DNA of 64,000 nucleotides from Prasinococcaceae sp. CCMP 1430 (GCA_013416795.1 RQSC01000032.1:248001-312000); one strand, 5' to 3'. Shown: positions 21,553 to 33,576, counted from the first letter of the stretch. The notes: generated from the sequence alone by a model not told the origin. Translations and numbers: made by a program.

Positions 21553-23775
21553 TTACCCGTCTGCACCGCCGACCCAGTGCGCGACCCCACCAGTACTGAT
21601 GTCCCACTTCGCTGCCTCGTGCCTCTCAGCGAGGACCGCCTCGGCGTCCGCGCGCGTGGCGCCGCCACTGGCGGCTGCGCAAGCCTGCCTCCAAGCCTCG
21701 GCATGCTCGCTGCTGTCGGTGCTTTCTGGCCCCTGCCCTGCAGAGCTGACTCCAAGGACGTCATGCGCGGTGCTGGCGGACGCGGCCGCGCGCAAGACAT
21801 CGAAAGAGCGCATCGGCGCTGACGCCGACAGGGTCTGGCACGCCAGTGGCGCGCACCACGCCCACTCGTCCGCCTCGACGCTCGCGGAGAGCGCTGCGGC
21901 CCCTGCAATGAAAGCCTCAAGTTCGCTGAGTGGGCACGACAGGAAGTGCGCGCGGGCGACGGTCGCCCGCCACGCGCTCCCCACAGCGCCGCGCCACTGG
22001 CCGAGGGTGTCCGCCGCCCCGGCGGCGAAACCGACGAGCGACACGAGATCGGCGCACAATGTCGGCAGCAGAGCGTACGACGGCAGCACGCTGGCGTACC
22101 GCTCGGCGAGCGCGGTGAGCGACGCGCCCGCGGCATGTTCGAACAGTGCGCGCCCGTCCCCGACAGGAACGAGCTGCTGCCGAACGCCGTCGCTCTCATC
22201 CGACGCGACAGAATGTGCGGGCGAGCCGAGCGACGCCTGAGATGTGGCCCCATCGCCCACCACCAAGTCGTGGTAGAGCCCTTGCAGAGACACGCGCATG
22301 ACCACGGCAGCAGGGCTGAGCTCGACCTTCGATGACGCGGCGCGGAAGTGCGTCCAATGCACGCTGTCGAAGGATGGCAGGGTCGAGTCTTCGAGCTGCG
22401 CCGCGAAGAGCGCCGCCGCAACGCGGTGCGCGCGCGCGCCGGCGTCGATGGCCGACGCTTCGGCGGCGCGCGCGGCCCCGGCGGTGGTGAGAGAGCAGCT
22501 TGAGCAACGCGCTGCGAGCGCACCACAGGCTCTGCTGACACCGACCGCGGCGCAAGCCGCAGCGCGGGCGAGCGGCGCGTCGCTTGCGTCCCCCGCGACA
22601 TTCACAGCCTCGGACGCAGCTGATGCGGCGGCCGCCAGCAATGATGCGGAAGCTTCATATGCTGCGCTGCGCCACGAAGAGATCAGCGTCTCGACGCTTG
22701 GCAGCGCCAGAGACAGATCCGTTCGCAAAGTGTCTACGCGCGCCACGCTCTGCCATGCCCTCCTGCGAGAGGCGCTCAGGCTTGCGTTTGTTGTGGTTCG
22801 GCCGCCACGGCCGGCGACCGGTGACGACAGTGCTGCCAATCGCGACGCGAGCGCCATGGAGAGCAGCGAAGGGGCGTCGACAGGTGTGCTAGATCCATCG
22901 CCGCCACTCTGCGACGACCTCACCGAGCTCGGCGATAGCATCGCCCCGGCAAGCGCGGTTGCGATCTCGGCGTCACTCCGCCCATCGCCCATGTTGGTAA
23001 TGCGGGTCGACATCGCCCGAGCGGTGGTAGAGAGGATCGCGCTCGCGCTGGCGGCCTCCAAGAGGTGGCCACTGTCCGCCGCAGCGCGCGCTTTGCTCAA
23101 CTCGCGCGCGATGAGCTCCCCTAGACGCGCAGCGTACGGCATGGCGAAGCCCAGCGCATCGAACTGCAACGGCGCGCGCGCCGCCGCTGCGAGCGGCGCA
23201 TGGAGCTCGAGCACCGCACACAGCGTCTCCGTCGCCGCTACCGCCGCTGCACCCAGCGTGCCATCAGAAACCACTGCGGCCGCAACAGCGTCTGAGACGC
23301 CTGCTGCCGTGTCCGATGCCCCGTTCGCCGCGGGTGTAACCTGCGCTCGCCGTCCGCCAGACGTCGCCGACGTCGCAGGCGCGGTCTCTTTGCTACTCCC
23401 GCCCCTCGCACCGCGGGCGTCGTGCGAGCACGCGTCCGCACTTATTTCGTCCAGGCTGCTATGCAGCGCGACGGCCACAGCATCTCCCCCAGCCTCGGGC
23501 CCGTGCACGTGCACAAGCGCGAGCGCAGCGCGCAAAGACGTGTCGCGCACCGCGCTCCGCGACGCGAGCACAGCCGCAAGCGCGCGCCCGTCAACGGGTG
23601 CGCGGTCGCGCGACGCGTGCGACGCCGACACGCGCGCCGGCGCCGCGCAGAGCAGCCGATCGGCGAGCTCGAGCGCCCGCGCCGCGTCCCCACTCTCCGC
23701 GTAGCGGCTGCCCGGGCGCCCTCCCGCGCCCTCCGCTGTCGCGCCTCCCGCCGCCGCCACGCCGGCGCCCTCGCG
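21553..23775 (-). CDS. Ala-rich alpha-helical protein, tentatively KIAA0825/DUF4495-like; the 5' end is lost in an N gap
   Basis: Long open frame. The segments DSVHW, SLQGLYHDL and SLTALAERYASVLPSYALLPTLCADLVSLV resemble KIAA0825 as recalled from memory. Confidence 0.55.
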   Translation of the reverse strand, partial: REGAGVAAAGGATAEGAGGRPGSRYAESGDAARALELADRLLCAAPARVSASHASRDRAPVDGRALAAVLASRSAVRDTSLRAALALVHVHGPEAGGDAVAVALHSSLDEISADACSHDARGARGGSSKETAPATSATSGGRRAQVTPAANGASDTAAGVSDAVAAAVVSDGTLGAAAVAATETLCAVLELHAPLAAAARAPLQFDALGFAMPYAARLGELIARELSKARAAADSGHLLEAASASAILSTTARAMSTRITNMGDGRSDAEIATALAGAMLSPSSVRSSQSGGDGSSTPVDAPSLLSMALASRLAALSSPVAGRGGRTTTNASLSASRRRAWQSVARVDTLRTDLSLALPSVETLISSWRSAAYEASASLLAAAASAASEAVNVAGDASDAPLARAAACAAVGVSRACGALAARCSSCSLTTAGAARAAEASAIDAGARAHRVAAALFAAQLEDSTLPSFDSVHWTHFRAASSKVELSPAAVVMRVSLQGLYHDLVVGDGATSQASLGSPAHSVASDESDGVRQQLVPVGDGRALFEHAAGASLTALAERYASVLPSYALLPTLCADLVSLVGFAAGAADTLGQWRGAVGSAWRATVARAHFLSCPLSELEAFIAGAAALSASVEADEWAWCAPLACQTLSASAPMRSFDVLRAAASASTAHDVLGVSSAGQGPESTDSSEHAEAWRQACAAASGGATRADAEAVLAERHEAAKWDISTGGVAHWVGGADG

Positions 23776-24200
23776 NNNNNNNNNNNNNNNNNNNNNNNNN
23801 NNNNNNNNNNNNNNNNNNNNNNNNNNNNNNNNNNNNNNNNNNNNNNNNNNNNNNNNNNNNNNNNNNNNNNNNNNNNNNNNNNNNNNNNNNNNNNNNNNNN
23901 NNNNNNNNNNNNNNNNNNNNNNNNNNNNNNNNNNNNNNNNNNNNNNNNNNNNNNNNNNNNNNNNNNNNNNNNNNNNNNNNNNNNNNNNNNNNNNNNNNNN
24001 NNNNNNNNNNNNNNNNNNNNNNNNNNNNNNNNNNNNNNNNNNNNNNNNNNNNNNNNNNNNNNNNNNNNNNNNNNNNNCGCGGCGGCGTCCCGCGGCGTGC
24101 GGGCCGGTGCCTGGGGCGCGCACGCCACCCCCCGCTCGCGGCGGGCGGCAGCTTCTTGTCTTGGGGGAGCGGTGCTCGCGGACTCGGGCGGCGCATCGTC

Positions 24201-24830
24201 ATGTTCGGGGGAAGGGCGCCGGCAGGGCCACTGTGCGACGACGGAAACGAAAACTGCCACACGAGCACGAGCTCGAGCACGTCATGCTCGGTGCACGTGG
24301 GCCCCGACACCGACGGCAAGCCCGTGCGCCGGTGCGTTGAGACTCGGCGCGTGATGCGTCACTGCCTGGGACGCGCGCCAGAGGAGATCGAGAACCACTC
24401 GCGCACGACCGAGGAGGAGTTGAGGCTCGGCGGATTCTCGCTCGGCAGCTCGCTCTTCGGGGGGAGGTGGTTCGGCGGCGACGCCGACGCATCGCGCGAG
24501 GGTAGCGACGACCTTCCCGAGCTGGCACGCGCGCAGCGCGAGGCCGAGCGCCAGATGGAGATGGGCGCCGAGGAGCTCATGGGGCACCTGCTTGGCGGCT
24601 TCATGCGAACGTTCGGAGAGGAGCTCGCCGATTCGGTGGAGGAGCAGGCTCGTCGCGCAGCGGGGCGCGACGGCGAGAGCGCGCAACGCGGGCCGCTGTC
24701 GCACATGCTCGGCAGGCTCCTCGGCGGCAGCCGCGGCGATGGCGACCACGCGCCACGGCAGCCGCCCGCCCGCCCACCCGCCAAGTCTCCTCACGTAGAC
24801 CTGCCCCCAGGCGGCATAAAGGAGATCTAG
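24201..24830 (+). CDS. Mal d 1/Fra a 1-associated protein-like (plant family, unknown function)
   Basis: Cys pattern CHTSTSSSTSC...KPVRRCVETRRVMRHCLGRAPEEIE resembles plant MdAP (SQC...RKCEKTEQILRDCVG). Confidence 0.65.
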   Translation: MFGGRAPAGPLCDDGNENCHTSTSSSTSCSVHVGPDTDGKPVRRCVETRRVMRHCLGRAPEEIENHSRTTEEELRLGGFSLGSSLFGGRWFGGDADASREGSDDLPELARAQREAERQMEMGAEELMGHLLGGFMRTFGEELADSVEEQARRAAGRDGESAQRGPLSHMLGRLLGGSRGDGDHAPRQPPARPPAKSPHVDLPPGGIKEI

Positions 24831-24855
24831 CTTCAGAGGCGCGCGCGCTCAACAC

Positions 24856-25720
24856 ATGTGGTTCTCGTAAGTTGGTCAGTTCTCCTCCCCCTCCCCCCCC
24901 CCCCGGCGAGCCGCCCGGACGCTCAACGCCGCGCTCTGTTTTTTTTTCTTTTTTTTTTTCTTTTTTCGGCGCGTTTTTCGAGCGCGCGCGCCGCGCGCGG
25001 GGGTCGCCCGGCCCGTGCGAGCGCGGTATTCGCGGAACGCGCAGGATTGGACTCCCGTAACGCGAGGCCGCGCACTGCGGCGCGCGCAGTTGATTTCTGC
25101 TCATGCCAAGCACCGTCAGCTGGCGGTGCTTCTTCTCCTCCTTGAGCTTCTTCTTGCGCGACACGTGCGGGCGGGTGAGCGCGCCGGGAAGCGCGAGGGC
25201 CAGCGCGCGAGGCGCGGGCAAGGAGGAGGGGGGCGGGTGGCATGTGCGTCGGCGGTAGTACGCGTGTGGGAAGTCGGCGCCGCAGACGACGGCGGTTGCT
25301 GCGGTGGCTCGCGCGCGCGCTGGCGCCACCCCGTGCTGCTGACACGGCATTGCCGCGAATCGCTCCGCTGCCGCGCTCGCCTGTGCGCCCCTGGACGCCG
25401 CCCTCTGATGCTCACTCGCGTTATAGGCGTACGCGAGCTACAAAGCGCTCGAGATCAAGTCTCCTGAGGCCACGTCGCAGTGGCTGATGTACTGGGTCAT
25501 CTTCTCGCTCTTCACGGTGGTTGAGGTGCGGCCAGAGCGCCTGCCTGGGCACTGCGCATGCTGCAGCCGCCATGGTGCGGCCTGCCGCCTGCCTGTCGCC
25601 AGCGGCTGTGGCGCGCGCGCAACTCATCGACCTGACGCACACGACGTGTCGCCGGACGCATCATGACGCGTGGCGAACGCCTACGCACATGGCACGCCCC
25701 TCCCGGTCATGGCCGTGCCT

Positions 25721-25775
<55 letters not shown>

Positions 25776-26172
25776 AGCGCCGCCGTCACCTGCGGGCGCG
25801 CCGCAACCCCCCCCCCCCAAACCTTCCCACCTACCCGCCCGGTGCACATCGCAGGGCGTCGCAGACTGGCTCATCAGCTGGATTCCACTGTACTACCCTT
25901 TGAAGCTCGGCTTCATCCTGTGGCTGCAGCTGCCCAGCACACAGGGCGCCACGCGGATCTACATGCAGTTCGTGCAGCCGCAGCTAAAGCTCCATGAGGG
26001 GCGCATTGACGGCAGCCTCGACCAGGCACGCTCCTTCGCGACCACCAGCGTGCAGGACATCCGACAGAAGGGCGTCGCAACTTGGGGCTCCGAAATGCTG
26101 CAGCGCGCCAAGAGCAGCAGCGCAGCGGGCGGCAGCAGCGCGCAGCAGGACAACTCCGCGCACGTCGCATAG
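24856..26172 (+). CDS. HVA22: HVA22/REEP/YOP1 (TB2/DP1) ER-shaping protein. Clear exons are 25427-25525 and 25855-26172; the 5' exons are uncertain (ATGTGGTTCTC|GTAAGT at 24856).
   Basis: AYASYKALE...QWLMYWVIFSLFTVVE|GVADWLISWIPLYYPLKLGFILWLQLPSTQGA. Confidence 0.9.
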
Positions 26173-26392
26173 CTTTCGAACGCATCAGTAGCGACAGCAC
26201 GAGGGGACATGGCACAATCAGACCGCTCTACTCATTGTATAGGCTACCATGTTCGAAGTACGTTCGCAGAAGTTTGCGCGCGCAGGCGGCGAGCTCCCAC
26301 CACCGAAGCATGTCGTATCGCGCCCGTCAGGCCGCCGCCCCGAGCTTCGCCACCCTCCATGGCGCGCCACGCCGAGCGCGCGCAGCGCTCCT

Positions 26393-28427
26393 TCATTCGG
26401 CGCCCCCGGCGAAGGATTGCGCCTTGGAGAGCAGCTTCCTGTTGATAGACTTCTCTGTGTCTGACATCGACTGCTCGAACTTCCTGCGGAAGTTCTCAGC
26501 CATCTGTGCCTCGAGGTCGAGCTTGTGCTTGAGCCTCATTTCGGCGAGCTTACCCTGCTTGCGCGCGTCCTTTTCCTCGAGGTCCTTCACCTCCTGGAGG
26601 AAGGTGGAGACCCTCTGCTTCTCCCGCTCGGCCTCCTGCTGCTTGCGCATCTGCTTCTCCTTGATCTGCATGGCGAGCATACGCCGCATCTCGATGTTCG
26701 ACTCCTCGACGCGCTTCTGCCGCTGGGAGTTCACCTCGTCCTGCTCGCGGTTGTACTTCTCCTGGTACATCGCCACCATTTCGTCGTCCATGTACAGGCG
26801 GCCGGGTTTGGCCACGGCCTTGCCAACGCGCGCCTCCATGTTGGCCTGGCGCTGCTGCGTGTACTGCTCCCGCCTCTTCTCCTCCTGGTCGAGCCGGTCA
26901 GCGTACTGCTGCTGGAAAAGCTCGTCGAGTTCGGCCTCCTTCTTCTTCCGCTCAAGCTTTGCCAACCGCACCTCCTCATTAACGATGAGTAGCTTCCTGC
27001 CGGCCTCCCTGTGCGCCTGACGATCGAGCACCTCCTGCTCGCGCAGGCGCTCGGCCTCGAGCCGCGCCTCCTCCCGCTGCTGCGCCTCCTCGTACGATTT
27101 GGCGCGCTGCTCCTTCGCGCGCGCAGCGGCCTGCTCTGCGAGCTGCTTGTCGCGCTCCTCCAGGAGAGTGGCGATAGCGTCCGTGTGGGCCTTGGCCTTG
27201 GCCGCCTCCTCCTTGGCCCACTCCTCGCGCTGCTTCTTCTCAGCAAGCGCGTAATCGTCCTCGGCCTTGGCCTCGGCCTGGCGCCGCGCCTGCTGCTCAG
27301 CCACCTGCGCATGGCGGGCACGAGCGATACAAAGGGGTACCGCGTGCACACGCCAATTCAAGCGCGAGCGAACACGCGGCTCGAGCCAGTCAGCGGCGGC
27401 TCGGAGCAAATGGCGAGCGAGCGAGCGCACGGAGCAGAGCGCCCATGCGCCTTGCGTTTCGCGGACGGATCTCTGCGCCGAAACGGCTTCGGGGAGAGAG
27501 GGCGAGGCGGCGCCGGACGCCCCGCCCCTACCATCCCATCCAGACCATCCCCTGCACGAACGCCCGGGGAACCCCTCCGACGCGCGCGCCTCGCTGACCC
27601 CTTCGCGGGCGAGGGCCGCGACTCCCCCTTCCCCCTTCCCCCACCCCCCCAATTGCGGCGAATTCCCCGCGGACGCGGGGGCGCAATTGCACGCATTTTG
27701 ATGGCTCTGTGCGCGCCCAAACCAAAGCGTCGTTTGCGCGTGGGCGCTGGGCGCGAAGGGCTGCTCGCGGGGACGCACCTGCTTGTCGAGCTCCGCCGTC
27801 ACGCGCTTGGCGGTCTCGAGCTTCTTCGCCTTCTTCGTCTTCTCGTCGGCGGCGTGCATGGCCGCCTCGTACTCGTACACGCATCCCCACTCGCCGCCGG
27901 CGCCCATCTGCGCACGCGGCGGGGTGCGTGAACGGGCGGCAACGCGCGTGAGTCCGCGGCGGCGTCAGTCAACGGCCCGGTGCGAAGCGGGCGGTGCGTT
28001 GGCGGCTGGCTGGCTGGCTGGCTGGCTGGCTGGGGGGCGGGCGGGCGAGCGGGCGGGCGGGCGGGCTGCTCGGCGCACCCCACCGCACCTTGAGGAGCTT
28101 GCCAATCTTTTTCTCGAGCGCAAAGAGTTCAGCCTCAGAGACGGGCTGGTCCGCCGGCCGGTCGACTTTCATGAACGCAGTCACCTCCTTGCCGATGACC
28201 TCCTGCGTCGTGACATCCTGGGGAAACTTCGCGCGCAGCTTGCGCACGAGCGCGTCCATCATGGCGAGCTTGAGCTCGTCAGGGCCGCCGGCGGTGGAGG
28301 CTCCCCTGAGGCTCCCACGCGACGGCGTGCGCCCCCCGCGCGAGGCCGTCGGCGGCGCGACGCCCTCCGCGCCGATGGCGGCGAGCGCCGACGACATCGG
28401 GCGCGCGCCCGAACTCGGCCTCGTCAT
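26393..28427 (-). CDS. E/K/Q/R-rich long coiled-coil protein (TPH-like, candidate flagellar microtubule-inner protein), 3 exons (28427-28089, 27907-27779, 27304-26393)
   Basis: All junctions are phase-0 GTGCG/CAG; a trichohyalin-like charged helix follows an EWG motif. Confidence 0.75.
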
Positions 28428-28708
28428 GGCCGCCCGCTCGCGCTCCCGCGTCGCCGTGGGTGAGGGGAAGAGGCGAGGTGTCCGCGCGCCGCACGCACCC
28501 TGCGCGCGCAGACTGGCCCTCCCCTCGTCCCCGCCTCGCAGACCAGACCTTCCCCCCCCCCCTCATCCCCTTCCCCCCTGCCCTCCCATCCCTCCCTTCC
28601 GCCCGCCCGCGCCCCCTCCCCGCCGCGCAGCAGCGCAGGGACAAATGCGGCGTCCGCGGGCGACGCCGCGGGCGCGCGCGCACTCACACCCAATTTGATA
28701 TAATATCT

Positions 28709-28716
28709 AAACCCTA
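28709..28716. promoter_or_regulatory. Telo-box AAACCCTA in a divergent promoter
   Basis: Exact AAACCCTA in an AT-rich island between two head-to-head genes. Confidence 0.45.
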
Positions 28717-28983
28717 TATGAACCCAAATACTCGCATTCGCCGGTCGCGTTCCGTTCCCGCCGCGCGGCGCGGAGGTCAAGGCATTTGTGGTGAAACTTT
28801 ACAAAGCGGACGCGCGGCCGGGCCGCGGCTTCCAACCCCAACCGAGGAAGCATCCGACGTCGGCTCGCGTCGCTTTTTTTTTTGGTGCGCATTTCGCGGC
28901 GCAGGGAAAACGGGCGAAATGTTTTTTTTTGGGGCGGCGGCTGTCGCGCCGGGCGGCGCCAGAGCGGCTGCGGCCGGCGACAT

Positions 28984-29015
<32 letters not shown>

Positions 29016-29091
29016 CCTCCCCTTTCCCCCCTGCCCCCTCCCCCCGCAAGCACGGCGAGAGAGGTTGCGGTGGCGGCGGCGAGGGCAAACG

Positions 29092-29683
29092 ATGAAGGTG
29101 GTCGACGCGGAGAGCAGCCGCATCCTGTGCAACCTCGAGGTGCTCGAGATCCTGCGGCGGGCCGAGCGCCGCGATGCTGCCGCTGGAGGTGCGGTTGGTG
29201 GCGGCGGCGCGACGGCTGGGCACGGGGGCAGCGAGGCGAGCGAGGCGGGCGACGCAGAGATGGGTTCGCTGGCGGCAGCGCAGGCTTCGGAAAAGCGCGT
29301 GAGAGAGTGCCTGGAGGCCTCTGTCGCTGGCAGGCAGACACACGCCGGGGTGAAGGTGCGCTGAGCGAGCAGCAGCACTTTTGTGCACGCGCGCCCCGCT
29401 GACGCCTCTCGCGCTTTGAGCGCGCTTCGAGCCTTCGCTCCGCCCGCGGCATACTGTGGCTGACTGACGCGCGGCACCCCTTCCCCAGGCTTTTCTCAAT
29501 GACCCCGAGCTGCAGCCGCTCTCGCTCGCGCAGCGCGTGACACTTGCCAACATCCAGCCGGGCTCCGAGGTTGGCGCGCACCCAATACTCGGCGGTGCAC
29601 CCGCCGTGGAGCCTGAGGTCGTGCTCGACAAGCTCAACGAGCACCTGGGCGGCGCCGAGGGGGGCGCCGAGGGCGCAGAATAA
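29092..29683 (+). CDS. RPC9: RNA polymerase III subunit RPC9/C17 (CRCP), 2 exons (29092-29355, 29489-29683)
   Basis: MKVVDAESSRILCNLEVLEIL N-terminus and an HRDC-like LSLAQRVTLANIQPGSEV. Confidence 0.8.
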
Positions 29684-30064
29684 GCTCGGCTGGCGCGACT
29701 CGCGGTCCCGCCCCTCCAGCTCAGCAGCGCAGGTGCAAGCGGCTATAAATTATGGTATGTATTGTACGTTAGTCACACTTGCTCGAGCGCTTGCAAGCAC
29801 ACGGCAGCGGCAGCAACGTCCGTGACCGCGTCAAGCTACTGATGCGCGCGCACCCCTGACAAGGTGCCTACAAGGGCATACATCCTCATTAGTTACTACT
29901 ACAGACGCTCAGGCAACAAGCGCATGCTCTGTGCCAGCAACGGCCTGCAGCGCCCACCGCGGGCGCAGCGCACGAGCCTGGCGCGCGGGGAGCACACAGC
30001 ACGACCACCCCCCGCCCGTGTTTTCCGCCATCCCCTGCACTCTGGCACCTGCGTCCGCCCTCGT

Positions 30065-30828
30065 CTATCTGGCGCGCCCGCGGCCGCGGCCGCGCCCCCT
30101 ACCGCGCCCGCCCGGCTTTGCACCCGCCTTTGGCATCTTCAGCCTGGGTGTGTCGTCCACGAGCAGCGCATCCAGGTTAAGCGAATCTGGCAGAATGTAG
30201 TAGCGGATGTTGTTGCCGCGCACGCTCAGCTTGTCGAGCGGGACGGCCGCCTGCCCCTTCAGCTGCAAGCGCACCGCCTTCAGGTGCGTGTTCATCTGCG
30301 CGTCCACGCCAGAGATGGTGCCACTGATCACGGTGCCATTCTTCAGCTCGATCGACACCGTCTCCTGGTTGAGCTTTTGCAGGAACCTGCTCAGACAGGG
30401 AGCAAACGCGCGAACGAGGAACGCAGCGACAGAGCGTGCGCGCGGGCGAAGGTAGCGTGCGGGCGAAAGCACCAGCAAGTGCACGCAGAGTGCCAGCGGC
30501 GCAATCGTGAGCGGGAGCGGGAGCGGCAGCGCGCGGGGTGGGCGTGAGCATGGGGCGCGGGGGCGCAAGGGACGTGTGTCGCATCGCAGCGATGAAAGTC
30601 AGCGATGCATCTTGGCTAATGCGGGCAGTCCACGCTGCCGTCTTTCGCAGGCCTCCCCGCGCCCACCTGCCACCGCCGCCACCTCACCCCGCGCCCCGCG
30701 CCCCGCTGCACACAGCCACCAACCCTAACACACACAGCGCAGCGGCGCCGGCCGCGGCGCGGGTGCGGGGGCACGCGCGCGCGCGCGGTGGCCGCGAAGC
30801 GTGCGCGCACGCACTTGACGAGTTTCAT
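30065..30828 (-). CDS. SNRPD1: Small nuclear ribonucleoprotein SmD1, 2 exons (30828-30815, 30386-30065)
   Basis: MKLVK|[18 protein letters not shown]...[20 protein letters not shown]...GRGRGRGR. Confidence 0.98.
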
Positions 30829-31054
30829 GGCCGCTCGCCGCCGCTGTGCGGCAGCAGCAGCGNNNNNNNNNNNNNNNNNNNNNNNNNNNNNNNNNNCACG
30901 CAAGCGGGCGCCGCCGCCGCGCGCGCGCGCGCAGCCGCCGGCACGCCGGCGCTGACTTGCGCACCACCTTGCTTCGCGGCCCTCGCCCTCCTCCTCCACC
31001 TTCTCCTCCGCTCCAATCGTCTCTGTGCGCACCCCTACGGCGCGACCTACACAG

Positions 31055-31557
31055 ACGCGGTATTCAATCAAGTACCGCCACTGCGAGGGGCTGCTGGTGG
31101 TGAAGATCACGGACGACGAGACGGTGCGTATGGCCTGCGACAGCGTATGCGAACGAGTGGGCGAGCGCCAACCCTAGGCATGGGTTGGTACGGCATCCCT
31201 GCGTAGGGCGGCGCATGGCGCGATCGCGTCGCGAGCGACTCAATGCGGGGCGCTGTGCTGATAGCTTGCGCTACTGCGCGGTTATCTGCTCGCCGCCCGC
31301 GGGGCACGTGTGCCACCTGCCGTCGCGCGCTCCGACGCCGGGCCACTCACCAGGTGCTAAAATACAAGACCGACCAGCTGCAGGACCTCAAGCGGCTCGA
31401 GAAGCTCAACAACCTCATGTTTACGCTGATGGCGCTCGGCGAGGTCCCGCCCGAGGACGAGCTCGCCGCTAGTGGAGCGGCGGGTTCGGCGGGCGGCGGT
31501 GGCAAGGACGACGCGGTGGCTGCCGCGCCAGCAAAGAAGAAGGGCCGCAGGCAGTAG
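31055..31557 (+). CDS. SRP9: Signal recognition particle subunit SRP9. Exons 31055-31123 and 31354-31557; the first exon is probably in the N gap at 30863-30896.
   Basis: TRYSIKYRHCEGLLVVKITDDET|VLKYKTDQLQDLKRLEKLNNLMFTLMA. Confidence 0.95.
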
Positions 31558-31575
31558 AGCGGCACTCAGGCGTGC

Positions 31576-31770
31576 ACCAGTCCCGGGAACTCCCTCTCGC
31601 AGCTTGTCCTCCACAGCGGTCGCACCAAGCAGCTCGAGATTCGTCTTGAGCCGCGCCGCACAAGCGTTCACCTTCTCCGATCGATTCTCCGGCGACAGGT
31701 GCATGGCGTACGCTAAGGAAGCGCAGCTCGCGTTTATGCGCCTGCTCCTCGTCGAGCAGCCTCAGCGAGC
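31576..31770 (-). pseudogene. Isolated, frameshifted fragment of a P4-type ATPase (phospholipid flippase, ALA-like)
   Basis: RLLDEEQAHKRELRFL in one frame, then ENRSEKVNACAARLKTNLELLGATAVEDKLREGVP in another. I found no other P-type ATPase motifs in the window. Confidence 0.75.
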
Positions 31771-31974
31771 CGCTCGCAAGTGATGCGCGCGTTGGCCAGC
31801 ACGGCCTCGCCAGCGGCCTCCGCCGCGGCGTTGTGCCGAGCGCCGACCGTGTCATGAGGCACCTGCGTAGGCTCACCCTGCCGTCAGCCGTCGGGCCGAC
31901 CCACTATGTGACATACCCCTTGTACATAAACGAATATACTACTTACACATACACTGTCGTGGCCGTCGGGCTCC

Positions 31975-33555
31975 TCAGGCCCCCTCCTCTAGCTGGTCGC
32001 CTCTCTTCACGAAAGTCATGCCCTTCGTGAGGAAGGCGTGCGTGGTGTCGACGTGGCACAGCCCCTCCTCAGCAAAAAGTCGCACGAGGTCGACTTTGGC
32101 GTAATTGAGATAGTACTGGTGGCAGCGCGGGGTAGCGAGGATGCGTGTTGTCAGCAGCTGTACGCGTCAGGGTCGCGAGTGAGGCACGCTCGCGTGCTTG
32201 CGTGCGGCTAGTGCAGGCGCGCGCATGCATCCGCCTCGCTCATCCGCTGAGGGAAGCTGTGCTTGAGGGGGCGCGCGCGCCTAGCTCACCGGTTCGTGGT
32301 ACGCCTCCGGGAAGAAGCGCACCAGTGCGTCGAGCAGGCCGCCATTGTCGCCAAGCTGGACGCTGTCCGCGAGCACCACGGTGCCGCCAGGACGAAGGAC
32401 GCGCGCCATTTCCCGCACGACTTCCTTCCGCACAGATGCCGGTAGCTCATGGAAGAGGTACACGCACGTGGCCACGTCGAAGCTTCCGCTTTCGTAAGGC
32501 ATCGCCGCGGCGTCTCCCTCAGCAATCCGCGCGCCCGCGATGCCGAGCGTCTTGCGCGCCTTGGCAGCGTAGTTGGGGCTCATCTCGAGGCCGTGGAGCT
32601 CTGCAGTGGGGAAGGATGCGCGCAGGTGCTCCAAGAATCGGCCGGTGCCGCAAGCGATGTCAAGGAGCTTCGGGGCGCGTGTGGTGCTCACGGCTGCGGC
32701 CGCGCGCAAAGCGTCGCACGCGGGTCCGGCAGCAGCAACACGTCTTTGCGCGTCGGCTGTGCCCGTGAAGAGCACCTCCACTTGGTGGTCGTACAGTTCG
32801 GCGCTCTCGTCCGACAACCACCCGTCGCTTTGCCAATGGTAGTTTTGTGTGTAGTACTCGGGAAAGGCGCGCTCGCCACCCGACGCGCCTGCATACGCTT
32901 GCGCGCCGACACGCTCCTCGGCCTCGCGCCGCGCGGCGGCCTGTCTCCTGCGCTGTATCTTGGGCAGGTCCTCGAAGTACTTCCAGTTCGTCCGCGCCAC
33001 CGCAAGCACGTCCGGCAGCAGGTCCGCCGGCAGAGCATAGCTGCCGCGCTCTAGCCTGCGCAAGTCGTCCGCGAAGAGCTGCCCGATGCTGTCGTATAGC
33101 TCGCCCATGTTCGGGAAGCGCATGCCCAGCGATGCGACGCGCTCGCGCAGCGCGGGGTCGGGCGGCGCCAGTTGCAGTGAAGCCACGTACTGAGAGGTGA
33201 AGAAGGCCACACGCGCCGGCTGGCCGAGCACATACGCGATACGCTGCAGCGTCGAGAGCTCCGCCGCACGCTCGCCGCCGCCCGTGGTCGGCACGCCTGG
33301 CACGCCCGCTGCGCGCGCGGCCTCGGTTGCCGCGGCAGCCAGTGCCTCCGCCCCGGGCGGACGCCGCCGGCGCGCGCGCGTGTGGTGCGCGCGAGCCCGC
33401 GGCGCCACGCACCGCACGGGCCTCGGCCCAAAACGCGGAATCGCTCCCCAATTTTCATATTCCGCACGTTCTGACGTCCGAGCCTTCGTGCTGCGCAGAA
33501 CGGCGGTGAAGGGCGCGCGGGCTGGGCAGCGAAAAACGGCGGTCGGCCACGTCAA
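31975..33555 (-). CDS. Class I SAM-dependent methyltransferase of cyanobacterial type, probably plastid-targeted. Exons about 33555-32290 and 32115-31975; start uncertain.
   Basis: FPEYYTQNYHWQSDGWLSDESAELYDHQVEVLFTGTADAQRR, LLDIACGTGRF, LFHELP and FPEAYHEP|YYLNY. Confidence 0.9.
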
Positions 33556-33576
33556 TCAAATCAATGGGCGCGAATC

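Noticed and set aside
25100-25180. Minus-strand Lys-rich reading (RKKKLKEEKKHRQ) as a separate small gene
   Set aside because: It has no supported start or splice sites and lies within the 5' part of the plus-strand HVA22 gene, where a pyrimidine-rich tract explains it.
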